DNA of 64,000 nucleotides. Origin: Podarcis cretensis. Lineage: Eukaryota. The notes under the pieces were generated by a model that did not search any database, was not told where the DNA came from, and saw only the letters and a list, made by a program, of their open reading frames with translations. The position numbers and the translations under genes were made by a program. How positions within the stretch are numbered: position 1 is the first letter of the stretch; every line of letters begins with the position of its first letter. Location: assembly GCA_951804945.1 (NCBI GenBank), contig OX638158.1:43772001-43836000 (forward strand), read 5' to 3'. Below, piece by piece: positions 48,525-61,469 of this stretch.

Positions 48525-51500
48525 AAATCCAGTTCCAAAACAATTCGTGTTTGGAAGGTTGGAAACATTCAGAAGCATATACCTAGGCTCCCTTGTACCC
48601 TTGGCAAGACCCATTCCTTCTTCCCTTGCCAGAAGAGCTGAACTAGAGTGGAGAGGAACATTTTTTTTCATCCCTCAGGACCTGTGTCCTTGGCAGATGC
48701 CAACCTGGCCAACCCCAAGGTACACCCCTGGAACATATGACTTAAATGTCATGTCAGGTAACTTCCATTATCTGTATCCTCCTGTGTGGTTCTCTGATTC
48801 GACCACACACACACACACACACACACCCGCGGTTACAGCCCAACATCAGTGGAAATGCTTATTTCACACTTCAAATATTCTATCTTTTCTCTTAGGTGAT
48901 CAGGTCGAGTTTTCTCTCGTAGTCTTGTCTATTAAGGAAGTACAAATTCCCACAGATTTCTCCCTCCCTTTCATACACAATGAAAGCAGAAAGACTATTT
49001 GTGAGGGAAATCTCTTTATTTGTTCTATGAAGTAATGCCGACTGCATGCAAAAACAGTATTAATGTACAGCCTAGCAAAAATGCATAAGAACCATCACAA
49101 GAATTAAGCTACAGCATATTTAAGCAACAGCTTGGGGAGAAGATAACTTATTTCAGCAGAAGCCTGTGCTCCAACTTTCATAAGTTACCAGCATAATATA
49201 TTGTTGTTCATGTAGAATCTAGATTTACCCCAAATATGAATGGCAAGGGCACAAGGCAAGCATTCTTCATTGCTCATCTTCACCAGGAACCTTGCCCAGT
49301 CTTTTTCCTGAGATGACCTTGCAGCATTAGCCTCATGTGATGAATATTGTATTTGAAGGCACAGTGCAATCTGATATTCATCCTATGAAAGGAATCCTCT
49401 GAAAGCAAGAGTTCGCCTTTGCCTGCTCTTACCGTGAAAATTCACGGTGTGAGCATGAGTTCAAATGAAACATTTCCTGTGCCAAACTGATGAAGTGGTT
49501 GAGGAATTTTGTGGACTAGCCCTTGTCAACTTGAACCTGCATTCCATTTTTTGTTAGGTTTAGTACAGTTGGCCAACAGAACCCTAAATTGTGCCTGATA
49601 TAGCCAGAACACCCGCTTCTCTTCCATGGATTTAAAGGAGAGGGTTTGCATTTCCGCCATGGCCTCTAACACATATGTTCTGACTCTGAACCGAACTGGG
49701 AGAAAGAACTGAGATGCTAGTGGTTGCTTTGGAGAATTATTTGTAGAGGAATCGAGTTTGCCCCAAGGTGGTGCTAAGTGGTATAATTACCTGTGCCATT
49801 AACACTGCTGATTGTAAGTATAAAGATAATGTCTGCTCAGAGCACATCATTTGCACAATACCTATCAAGACAGAATAATGCATGTCATGCCCAGCTCCAT
49901 CTGAACAATCAGTGAGGGTCCAGTTACAGACCTCTTTGGTTATTAGGTTACATTCTGAGGCTTAGATGGTACGTGAATAACAAAAGGGAGCTGCTAGAAA
50001 GCTCAGCAACTAATGCCCTCTTTGCATTAAAACGGGTGGGAAAATGTACATGAGGCCACTCACACTACACAGCTTGGATAAAATTACATTCAAGTGAAAA
50101 GCAGGGTGTCGATGGTCCAGACCTGCTTCTTTTACAGGAATACCTCTCAGTAGTAACCCTCCCCAATTTTTTTCCAATTTACAATCCTTCCCCTCACCGC
50201 ACCTGCTCTTGTCGGCCTGGGATATTGCCATTTCGACCCCAAGGGAAGCCGTTCTCACAATACCTTTCTGAAGTATAAAGAAAAGAGTTTCCTCTCTGAG
50301 ATAAATAAAATCTTCATTTCAGTGAGGCTCACTCAAGAGAATTTCAGCTGAACTGCAGACCTGAGGGGGACATTTTTGGCTCCAACTTCCTGCTCTAAGA
50401 CAAGATTTTTGAAGAACCCCCAGGGGAGCATTTGGTTTCTCTGCAGAAGCCAACCTAGTTAGGTTTTTCCGTTCTTATGAATCCAGAGTCATGCACATGC
50501 AGCAGCTCTTCTAAGCTTAAAAAGCAAAGTAGGAGGTTGTGAAAGAAATACTACTGCCCCATTAAGCACATACTATGTTTCACTGTTAATAGTTCTCTTG
50601 ACAAATCCTCACATTTTTCTGCAAGGTTGCAGTGTATCTGGAAGGGTGCAGTTCTGAAGTCTATCACCTGGTAATGACTGGTGGCAGTGTAGCTATTGTT
50701 AGGTAAACCTTGGTCGTGAAGATGTTTCCTAATGTTTTATTGTTTGATTCCCCCCCCCCCCGATGGTTAGCCTTGCTGGCTGGCAGCGATGGGATTTGGA
50801 GTCCAACAACATTTGGAGGGCTACAAAAGTTCCCCGTCTTGAATTGAAACCTACCCTCTTGTAGCCATAAGAACAGAAGAAGAACTTTGTCGGATCAGGC
50901 CAGAGGTCTATGTAGTCCAGATGCATATAAGAAGCCCAACATCAGGATATGAGGGCAATAACCCTCTCCTATAGTTCCAACTGGTATTCAAAAGCATATA
51001 ATTTCTGCTCCTGGAGATAACAAAAACATAAGAAGCTTTATTTTCCATATTAAACCGTACTTGGGGATAAGAAATGCCTGTTGTGTTTAGCAATTTGAGA
51101 AGATGTAGTCTACACTGGGGCATTAAATAATAGGGGCCTATGAAGATGAATTGACCTATTTTGTGCCAAGTCTACTTGGCAGCAATGTGGCCAGCCTTTG
51201 TGTCTTGCCAGATACTGCTCAGCCATTTCAGTGTGAAAGCCAAATAACAACATGGAAGTTAATTAAACATTCATTTAATGTGTGGCTAGGGCTTGCTTTT
51301 AATTGGAGTAGAGGACAAGAGTTTATCCACCCAGGGCATGAGCAACTTTATTTATTTAAATCATTTTTATCCTGTTCTTCAACCCAAAAAAAGGGGCCCA
51401 CAGAGGTTTACAAATGTTAATAAGCTAATCCTCATCTTTACGCTTACAATCCTAAATATATGCCATAGAAGGAAAAGCATTTGGGAGGGAGGCAGAAAAA

Positions 51501-52264
51501 ATAAAACTCAGACACCGTTTCTCCTTCTTTATTAGATTTCTTAACTGTTCTTCATTGGGTTGGGGAGATTTACAACATTCAAAACAAAATAAAGCTAACG
51601 AACTATATATGCAACCATCAGCAGGTTAATTTATAGTTTTCAAGTAGGTCACGAAAATACTTTTCAGCTGTCAAAGCCTATGAGGTAGAAGGGATGTCGT
51701 TAGCATCCAATGAAAGCTGAAGAATAAGGCACCACAGCAGGGAAATTCCACAATTTTGAAGCAACCTAGAGAAAGCCCCCTCCTGTGTGGGCCACCACTC
51801 CTCAAATTTCTTACTTACGTTGCCAATATTAATGACCAGAAGGTCTTTAGGGAAGGAGGACGTATTTTAGACATCTGGGGGCAAAGTCATGTAGGGCTTT
51901 AAACCTTAATATAGGTACTTTGAGTTGAAAGGGAAGAATGAGCTGGTAACTCCTTGTAGAGCTCTTGTAATGTCCAGCTGGAATGGGACTATTTCAAGCA
52001 GAGGAGGTGCCAAAAGTTTCTAGTCTTTTAGCAGACAGGCTTTGTAGTCTCCTTTCTCTTCTTGTCCTCAGCCTGATTTAATGGTTGATGATGATGACAG
52101 CTGAGAGAGAAATCTGATGGGGAAGACTCTCTGCTTTCTACAGCATGTTGTTGTCAGCTCTCCAAACTGTCTGGGTTACTTCACACTGCATTTTATTGAC
52201 CAACAAACAAAACATGTTGGTGATGCTATGCAATATTACATAGAAGTAAAATGTTAGCTATGGG

Positions 52265-52417
52265 CAGTGCTTTTTTCTCCCCTCTAAAAAATGTTTAGGG
52301 GCACTTTCATTTTCCTACTCATATTGAAATACTGCCCCTCAATGAGGTCAAAGTTAGATTCACAAAATGTTTAGGGGTATGCGTAGCCCTGCGTCCCCCC
52401 CAGAAAAAATAGCACTG
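52265..52417. mobile_element. hAT MITE (partial related copy from 63870)
   Basis: CAGTGCTTTTTT / AAAAATAGCACTG. TSD GCTATGGG / GGTGTGGG. Confidence 0.75.
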
Positions 52418-53679
52418 GGTGTGGGGGATAAAGAATGAGGGTTCCTAATTAGTATATCTTATGACATGAGCGATTAGCAACTTCCTAAAATAATGGCTAT
52501 CCCGGCAACAAAGATTATAAAGCTGCCGTACTGAGCTGCTCTGTTGATTCGAAGAAGCTGGCATCCTGTCTTCGTGGTTGGCTGAGGGATTCCTTCCAGC
52601 CATTGCTCTAATGTCACAAAACATGACCTTATGCCAGCTAAGAATTGAAGTTAATGCAGATTAACTGTTTATAGGGCTAATTACACATCTGGAACCATGT
52701 GCATGTGTGTGTGCACATTTGTGAGTGTGTCAGCAGCTTAGGAGTGCCTTTGAGTTGACGAACAGCCAGCGGGGGGGGGGGGTTGCTCCCCCATTGCCAT
52801 TCCTCCTCTCAAAATCACAACCCCAAGGGTTGCATGCAACACGTACATAATTACCAAGTCACCAAGTCTGCTTTTCTTTATATAATCATCTAGACCAAGA
52901 GCCTTGCGTTTTGCCAGGAGTTGCTGACTCTACTTCAGCCACAGTCAGTCTCTGATTAATCCCTTCTGTGTCCAAACAAATCAGAAGTAAATTGAGGGGT
53001 TGTGATCTTGGAGGCTAGCATATGAACAGTGTCTCATACCATTCATCTACAAGGTTCCCCCCCCCCCAATGAACCCACTTTGGCTGGTATGTAATAGTAG
53101 ATCTTCTGGGCTTTAAAATGGCTCCTGGTTCATACTAGGAAAATGTAATCTCTTGCATTAGGAAAATGTGCCTCTTTTCTTGCTTGGCAGCTTGTAGATG
53201 AAGTTTCTACTCTGGAAGATTTTAAAAATGAGTACAATGAGGGAAAAACCAAAACAAAACCCTCAGCTTGTGGAAATCAAGATCTAAATTTTATGCAGCA
53301 GGACAAACCAGTCTGGACAGCAAAAAAGAAAAAGCAACAGTTTGTCTTTAAAGAGTCAGCTGTCCTTGTGTTATAATTTTTCACACCAATCAATGCTCCT
53401 GGTGTGATTTATTCACCATGAGAAAATAATTATATACGAGGACACTGTGAATGAGTCATTGCTTTTACTGATACCAGAGGTTGAGATGCAATTTCCAGAA
53501 CCCTCCAAATTTTCAGAAGTCATCTGTACTGATGTCTTATAGTGATAATTTAAACAAGCAGATCCCTGTCAATGTACCTGAGACATAAACAGGAACATTG
53601 CCAAACATTTCATAGAACTGTACATTAAGAGATGCAGTAATGCCAATTAATTGGGACTAAGGCAAATCCAGTTAGGTCT

Positions 53680-54268
53680 AGTTACAGATAGGTAGCCGTG
53701 TTGGTCTGCCATAGTCAAAACAAAAAAATTCCTTCCAGTAGCACCTTAAAGACCAACTAAGTCAGTTCTTGGTATGAGCTTTCGTGTGCATGCACACTTC
53801 TTCAGATACACTGAAACAGAAGTTTCCAGACCCTTCTATATAGTGAGAAGGTGGGGAGGGGTATTACTCAGAAGGGTGGTGGGAATGGGTGATTGGCAGA
53901 TAGCTGTGATGAGCCTGTTGACGACTCTTAACGACTGCAATAGGTCTTACAGGAAAAAGCAAGGGGTGAAAAGGTGAAAAATGGCTTTGTCATGTATAAT
54001 GAGATAAGAATCCAAGGTCTTTGTTCAGACCAGGTCTCTCCATGGTTTTAAGTTTGGTGATAAGTTGCAATTCAGCAGCTTCTCTTTCCAGTCTATTTCT
54101 GAAATTCCTTTGTAGTAAAACAGCTACTTTGAGATCTTGTATAGAATGTCCTGGGAGATTGAAGTGTTCTCCTACTGGTTTCTCTGTCTTGTGATTCCTG
54201 ATGTCCGATTTATGTCCGTTTATTCTTTGGCGTAAGGTCTGGCCTGTTTGTCCAATATAGAGAGCTGA
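53680..54268 (-). mobile_element. Penelope-like retroelement 3' end (GIY-YIG endonuclease and pLTR)
   Basis: Minus 54268-53990 translates without interruption: SALYIGQTGQTLRQRINGHKSDIRNHKTEKPVGEHFNLPGHSIQDLKVAVL...LEREAAELQLITKLKTMERPGLNKDLGFLSHYT*. It is absent from the ORF track. Confidence 0.93.
53772..53809 (-). ncRNA. Minimal type I hammerhead ribozyme in the Penelope pLTR
   Basis: Minus RNA GUAU-CUGAAGA-A-GUGUGCAUGCACAC-GAAA-GC-UC^AUAC: conserved core, stem II hairpin, stem I GUAU/AUAC, and palindromic AGCU in place of stem III. Confidence 0.8.
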
Positions 54269-54765
54269 TATCTGTTAGATTTTTTTTTTTATTGCCTTCA
54301 AAAGTTTTTGAACCATGCCCTTTTATACAGCTAATTTATACATTGAAAATGGCACAGTGGGAATGAATGCAAGAATATAAGTGCTGCATATTCTGTGCTC
54401 TTCAGCATGCAACCCACTCATCTCAGGGTGGTTAGCAATTTCATGAAAACACACAAAAATAAGTCATCTTCAGTAACGCTAAAATAAAACAGAATGCAGA
54501 GTTCCCACCATACCTTAAAAAGCCAGAGCGAACCAAATAATAATAATCATGACTTGAAGCCTAAACAAAGGAAAATCCAATTTAACCTCCTTGGGGGTTG
54601 AGTTCCACAAACTGGGTGCCACAAGCCATAATGCATCTTGTTGCCATCTGCCTCACTTTGGATGGTGGGGTCACCTAGAGAAGGACATCAGCAGGTAGTG
54701 TCAATTATGTGGAGATGGGTATTATATTATTAGCACACAGATTACGAGCATAGAATAGAACCAGT

Positions 54766-54905
54766 CATAGAATCATAGAATTGGAAGGGACCCTAAGGAT
54801 CATCTAGTCCATCCCCCTGCAATGCAGGAATACGCAGATGTCCCATACAGGGATCGAACCTGCAACCTTGGCATTATCAGCACCACACTCTAACCAACTG
54901 AGCCA
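54766..54905 (-). mobile_element. tRNA(Ile)-like/CR1-tail SINE
   Basis: Reverse complement of the 10575-10713 element. Confidence 0.85.
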
Positions 54906-55794
54906 TCCTGTCAGGGAGCAGTAACATCTCAAAATGCCTATTAGGGTAACACCATTTTTTAGGCAAACAAAAAATGCCACAATTTAGTGAGCAAGCTTTC
55001 AAGTTCTCCAGAACTCTTACTTAAGCTAGATGGTAAAGAAAACAAGTGGAGAGGGACGTTGACTAATGCTGACACCATGGCGTCTGCATCTGGTCACAGT
55101 TTTGTGATGGAATGCGAGAAAGAAGAAGCAGGTGTTCAAGTAAGTCTAATGAAGAATTCTAGAGAAGTTGCGAGCTTGCACACTATTTTGGTTGGCCTCA
55201 TCAAAGCAATGTCCTAATTTAGATTTTGGATCCCCCCCCCCTTATGGGCCAGGAAAGCTACCTTTTCCTTTTTGTATGACTTAACAATAACATGATACTC
55301 TAAGTCAAAAGAATTCAACTGCTCAAACAGAGCTCAGAACCCTCAATTAACTTAACATGGATGTCATAAGACTTAAGTACAGTAGAAGCTCCCTTCCAGT
55401 CACCATCTAGTCTGGTTGTCTGTGGAAGGTGATGGTATGACTAGTCCTCACTATGCTTATCATATTTTAGAGTTTCGTTCCTGAAAGCTGGTTGGTAGTC
55501 TAGCACTATGAGCTACTAAGGACACCTGCCCTACTGTGAACACACACTGTATTGTAAGGCTTTGCCAAGTTCTTTGTAATTTTGTCTCAGAGACACCTGC
55601 AAACGGTAGTCTCTCTGGTCTGTGCAAATATATTTACTCTTGCAACTGAAGAGTACCCGTTTGCAAAAGTAGGTCAGTTCTTGTTTTTTTTAGGCTTGTT
55701 AAGTTAAGTTGGTGCCGGAACAAGAGTGTGTCAGATTTATATTTGCCAGCTACCATTTTCACTCAAGTAATTAGTTTCAGAATTGATTTTCAAA

Positions 55795-55898
55795 GAATCA
55801 TAGAGTTGGAAAGGGACCCCAAGGGTCATTGAGTCCAAGCCTCTGCAATGCAGGAATCTCAGCTTAAGCATCCATGACAGATGGTCATCCAACCTCTG
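55795..55898 (-). mobile_element. CR1 3' tail fragment
   Basis: Matches 7236-7328. Confidence 0.8.
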
Positions 55899-56486
55899 TC
55901 ATTATTTGTTCAGACCATTAGTTGTGTCATTGGTTTCAGTTATACCATAAATTAAACTAATGAACTAGTTTGCAAGTGGCTGGGAGCTTGTTCTGTATCA
56001 TTTAGGGAGCAATCCAAATTACTTAGTAGGCAGTAAGTCCTGTTGGATGCAGTGGAACTTACCATACTTTTGAGTAAACAAGCATGGGACTGTTGTCTTT
56101 TATTTGTTTTCCTTGCTCTGCTTGATCTCTTGTCTGCTAGCATTTCATTTTTGTTTTCTATTTTTCAACTGCTGTGAAAGAATAAATTGAAAAGCAATAT
56201 TATAAATGATAGCAGCAAAGGGCCTCTAAATGTGGCACTAGAAAACTGCACTGTGCCATTTCCCCTTTCCTGTGAAAGACTTTCTATAGGATTATAAGAA
56301 CAATATGGCCCAGTTCATACATGCAAAATTGGCTGGTGTCCCCCCCCCTTTCTCTTCATAGTTCTTCTCTTGTATATCATCTTGTAGAAAATCCTCAATG
56401 TGAACAGAGCTATACACAGAACTTGAAGTCTGTGGTAGCAGTAGCTGCAGAAAGTACTTTTGTGATTGAGGATATTACAGCAGGCA

Positions 56487-57873
56487 TTTTTTTAAAAATA
56501 ATTTTTATTAGTTTTCAGTTAGTCCAGTAATAACAACACCAATTTATAATACAGTTATTAATAGCAATCATTCAAATACTGAATTATATAATTCAGATAA
56601 AGCAGCCCCCACGTGCTAGATTTGATGGTTTGATGATTTTCTTTATTTCTACATTCAAAAATCTTATTAGTTTCAATTACCAGTACATTCCAGTTGTAAT
56701 AATAATCCCTTATCCAACAAGTGCAATATTAATAACTTCTGTTTGCGTTGACACATCAAATGATTTTTGAAACTGCAAGTGTGGAACTTAAACAATATCC
56801 TTGTTCTTCCTGTGTGTGGCAATTATTCTGTCTGTGGTGTTTCTTCCTGTTCTTGTAAGATGTTATGCCTTTCTTTCCCCTGATTCTTGCAGTTATCTGT
56901 CATGCCTTGGGCAAAGCTGATATCCCATTGTTCCAGAAATTTCTCCATCACTCCATCCCGTGCTTCACTGTTTTTGCACTGAGAACTTTAACAACTATAA
57001 AAGTTGCCCTGTCCCAGTAAATAAACTGTTGTCACCATTTTTCCTCTCAGCCTGGGAAGAAGAGTGGTTTGTCTAACTGCAGATAACTCAATAAAGAACC
57101 TTATCAGTTCCTTGGCAGTTCAGACTCTTTTCATCCTTCCTTCCAGCTGAAGATATACGAGCAATTATACTTCCAATTAAATTAAATTCCAAGTTCTTTT
57201 AGCATTATTCAGTTCACTTTGTAAATAATAAAGGATGGGGAAGAGTCGGCTCTGTTTCCATCGTAAACCTTTTGCAAAATAGAGCTTTCCTCACTTTCCC
57301 CCCTTTTTACACATGCAGTTCTGTTTGATGTTATATTCCATATTTATAATCCAATTTCTTCCATCCTCGCTTGTACAAATATAATTTGAACTAACATTCA
57401 CAGAAGGGTTGCTGAATCATAAATGTAGAGAAGAAAACTTTATATAAAGAAACCGAAGGCTCCCCCCCCCCACGTCTTTTGCACCAAATGAAGTCTTATC
57501 TCAAGTTTAAACCTTAAAATTCTTGCAGTTGGTTTTGTTCCATATTTTGTGATCTCATCTCTTCTAGCACGCGCCTGTACTTTGGTCCAATTAAGCTCTA
57601 ATTAATAAAAAAACCTTCTGCTTCTTAATGGCGGCGTTGGAAGGTTTCCGGCAGGTGAAGTGCTTTTGCACTCAGCGCCTCTGTGCTCACCCACATTCCA
57701 TGCCAGAGTGAGAACCAGCTACTAAGATGAACTGCAAGTGAAGCCCATCCCCCCTTCCCTGGGGGGAATTTGCAAGGGTGATTACCCCCAATCATCCTTG
57801 TTTTTCCTTCGCCAATGATCTCCTGCTGTCATGGGGGCTGCCTCCATTAAGGCAGAGAGGAACCAGAAGCCTC
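56487..57873 (-). mobile_element. Full-length non-autonomous L1-tailed retroposon (~1.39 kb)
   Basis: TSD ACAGCAGGCA (56477-56486 / 57874-57883). The tail TAATAAAAATTATTTTTAAAAAAA nearly equals the L1 tail at 23880-23905. GC-rich 5' end and no long ORF. Confidence 0.75.
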
Positions 57874-58572
57874 ACAGCAGGCAATAATCATTTAATAGTC
57901 CACTTCCCATTGAGGTTTCTCTAAGAAATGCCTTGTGGAGGAAGCTTTATACATTGAGATAGCGATGTGGAGTTTGGGTGGTGTTCAACTAAGTAGACCA
58001 ATTGAAATTGATAGACTTTACTCATCTTCATTGATTTCAGTAAGTAAAACATAGTCAAATATCACCCTTTGTCTTGCGTATGTATCAGAGGAAAGATATA
58101 CATTTGGGGGGAAACCATGGAAATTACAGTGAATCAGATTGGAATCTCTGCATGGCACTGACTTGAGGGAAAGGGTAGAATCAAAAGAGTTTTATTCCCA
58201 AGAGAATACACACAGAACTTAGCACTTTTTTGGCAGCAAATTGTGAAGATTTTGGAAGTGGGCAATCAGGTTACTAGTTCCCCTCCAAGAAGTGGCCCAC
58301 CTTTATGGCAGCTAGATTTATTTTAAGAAATGTCTGTGCCAACTGTATGTGGCCAAACTCTTAATAGCATCAAAGAAAATCTATTCAGGTCTGGGAAACA
58401 AATGGCAGTGGAGAAACACTCCCTTATTTCATTGTTGCATTTTATTTGCTCTGTGACAGAGACTCCTGTTGCATCACTTGGCTGTGCCTTGGACAACCTT
58501 TCCTTGATAGCATAGTTTTATGTACAAGTTGTCCTTTCCCCCCACAAAGCCCAAGCCAAACATGCAGGGAGC

Positions 58573-59152
58573 CGTTATAATGCCTGCCACACACCTGTAC
58601 ACCAAATAGCCATCAGCTTTGATGATTATCATTGAAGCCTTATTTACCTAGGGATCCATCAGCCTCGCCATCCCCGGACCTTGGAGGGAACAAAAGTACC
58701 AGGAAAGCAAAATCTTCTTTGGAGAAAAAGAGTTTATTGAAATCTGCGCAGAGACAGTCAGGAGAATCACTTCAAAAGCCTGACTGCAAAATTCCTGTGT
58801 CCAGCAAGCATTCTTATACCTAAAAGCACACATTTGCCTCCCCCCAAGCAGCCCAATCAGCTGGCAAGTTTGCAACTTATTCCCTTTTATGGCATACAGC
58901 TATATGGCTAGCTAAGCACCCCCTCCCCTTTCCCTATACGTGTCTTTCTTATACGTGTATTTCTTCTCTTGCGTTACTGAAGCAGGAAGCACAAGGCAGG
59001 AAACGGCCTCTAGCCTGCCTGGTCAAATTTAGCAAGCAACTGTGGGCTCTGCTAACTGCTTAACCACAATTGCAGAAGTAAGCTTGGTGCAGAAACTCAC
59101 TATGTGCAGATAATATTAAGAGTAACCCTTCCCTCTCCCTTCAATCATGACA
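58573..59152 (-). mobile_element. Possible solo LTR
   Basis: CGTTATAAT...ATCATGACA (decayed TG...CA inverted ends) and a minus-strand AATAAA at ~58733. No TSD found. Confidence 0.4.
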
Positions 59153-59374
59153 ATGCTGGTTCGGTCATGAATCAGGGCTACGTGACAATAGGGTCCTGCG
59201 CAAACATGCAACAAAAAGGCACATCTATTCCCCGTGTGTACAGTTAGAAAGTGGGTGAACTCAGGCAGACAGGCTGGGCTAACACTATATGATGGCGATA
59301 TCTGAGAACAGCAGCCACATCACTTTGGGTAGAAAATGAGCAAAGAGCAAGCCAGGAGGTAAATGCCTACTATT

Positions 59375-60340
59375 TTATTCATTGTTTCATTTTATTTATT
59401 GAATTTTATTTATATACCACCCTATATCTGGGGCTCTCAGGGCGGTTCACAGAAAAAAATATCACAAAATACATAATAAAAACAAAAACAAACCAATAGC
59501 CCCCCCAAACCCCCCCCCACATTTTAAAAGGGCATATGATCAACCAAAGGCCTGTTTAAAAAGGAACTTTTTTGACTGGCGCCTAAAGGTAGTTAATGAA
59601 GGCACCAGGCAAACTTCCCTGGGGAGAGCATTCCACAGACGGGAGCCACTGCAGAGAAGGCCTGTTCTCGTGTTGCCACCCTCCAAACCTCTCAAGGAGG
59701 TGGCACACGAAGGAGGGCCTTAGAAGATGATCTCAGGGACTGGATAGGTTCATATGGAAAGAGGCGGTCCTTGAGATATTTCAGTCCTGAGCCATTTAAG
59801 GCTTTATAGGTCAAAACCAGCACTTTTTTCCCTTTTAAAATAATATTTATTAGAGTTTCAGACAAAAAAAAAGGTTACAAAAATAGTAAAAAGAAAATAC
59901 AAAATATACAAAAACCAGAAAGAAAAAAAATAAAAACAATTAAAAAATTAAGAAAAATAAATCCCTCTTTCTATTATCTTACCATTCATTTACTTATTTT
60001 CATGACTTCCTCACACCTCCCTTTTTTGTATTCCAGTTAATGGTTAGTTCAGCAAATCCATACCCTCTTTGTTCTCTCTTAGTTCTTTATCTTCACATAT
60101 TATAACTTTGAATTTTCATCAAATATCAATCCATTTTTACATATTCCTATTTAACCTTATTGCTAAAACCGCTTCATTTCATTCCAACATCATTTTAACA
60201 TTCAATAATTTTACAGTGTTTCTGTAAATAGTCTTTAAATTTCTTCCAATCTTCTTCCACCAACTCTTCTCCCTGGTCAAAACCAGCACTTTGAATTGGG
60301 CCCGGAAGCTAACTGGTAGCCAGTTCAGTCAGACCAGGAT
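59375..60340 (-). mobile_element. L2 LINE 3' portion interrupted by an L1 3' end
   Basis: L2 motifs (reverse of RAFSAVAPRLWNALP at 59620-59665 and VLVLTYKALNG at 59790-59825) and an L2 tail at ~59390-59450. Confidence 0.85.
59827..60274 (-). mobile_element. L1-clade 3' end (a second family)
   Basis: TSD GGTCAAAACCAGCACTTT (59809-59826 / 60275-60292). Minus strand GEELVEEDWKKFKDYLQKHCKIIEC* is homologous to the ORF2 end at ~23.6 kb. AATAAA and an A-rich tail. Confidence 0.88.
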
Positions 60341-61469
60341 TACTATTAGATGTACTTTTAGGAGTACTATTAGACATAGCCCCCATCTGCACTTTACATT
60401 TAAAGAAATATCATACCACTTTAAGCAGTTATGGTTTCCCCGCCCCCTGAAAAAAAATGGGGATCAGAATTGCCACAATTTTAGATTGCAATCCATAAAA
60501 CTGTAACTTGGGAGCAAGCCTTACTGGGCACAGTGGAACTTAGCTTCCGAGTAAATATGCACGGTCTTGCAGCTTATTCTGCAAAAGAGCCAGGCACAGA
60601 AAGTAACAAGGACAACCAGGGTGAGAGAAACATTTCACTTCTGTGTTCATTAAAATTTGGTAACTCTAAACTCATAAATGAAATTTAGTACATAGTAGTA
60701 AATAAAAGGGCATAAATGGAACACTAAAAATGAAAGCAGCAGCCTATTCACACTGATGGAGAATAGACAGCTGAATCTAAATATTTATAATTCAACATGG
60801 CTAGCAACCAAAGGCACACGTATTCTGGTTATAACAAACACATCCCTGTAGGCCGTATTCAGTGGGAAACTGGTTTCTTAAATCCGCTCCCACTCTGCAT
60901 AAATTTTCACTGCATTGTTCTAAAGTTAATATAGGTTCACATGTCTTCAGCTACATCTTCCTTTTCTGTAACCCGAGATATATAAAACACTGTATTTCAA
61001 TATTTCATTAATTGATACATTCCCTCAGAGTCTGTCTGCTTCACTGAAGCAGATGAAAGAAAATTGACTTTCAGCCCCAGTCCTATAGGGAGAGGCGAAA
61101 ATGTTCTAATTTTTATGCAGGGCTAGGAAGTCAGCTTTGCAGTATTGTTTGTTGTTCCCTATCTTGCTCCATTATCATTTATTCTTTCTGTGCACTCAGT
61201 CTACATTTTGAAAGTTGCTGCTTTAGGGAGGGCATGTGCTATGCTTGCTTAGGTCTTTTAATTTCAGGTTTTTTTTAAAAAAATGTCTCTTTCCCTTGCA
61301 ATGCTTTTCCTTCTCCCCCCTTATTACTTCTCTTTATTTCCCATTCCTTCATTTCCATTCTGACTTCTTTCGTGTTCTGGGGAGCTAAACAGACTACACT
61401 GCGTCTAAAGCTGAGGTGTTATTAGAGATGTTTGTGTTGTAGAAATATCCAGTGCCATGCCTCTTAAAT

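Noticed and set aside
48511-49035. 174-aa ORF
   Set aside because: It starts in a Penelope fragment, crosses a (CA)n repeat and shows no domain.
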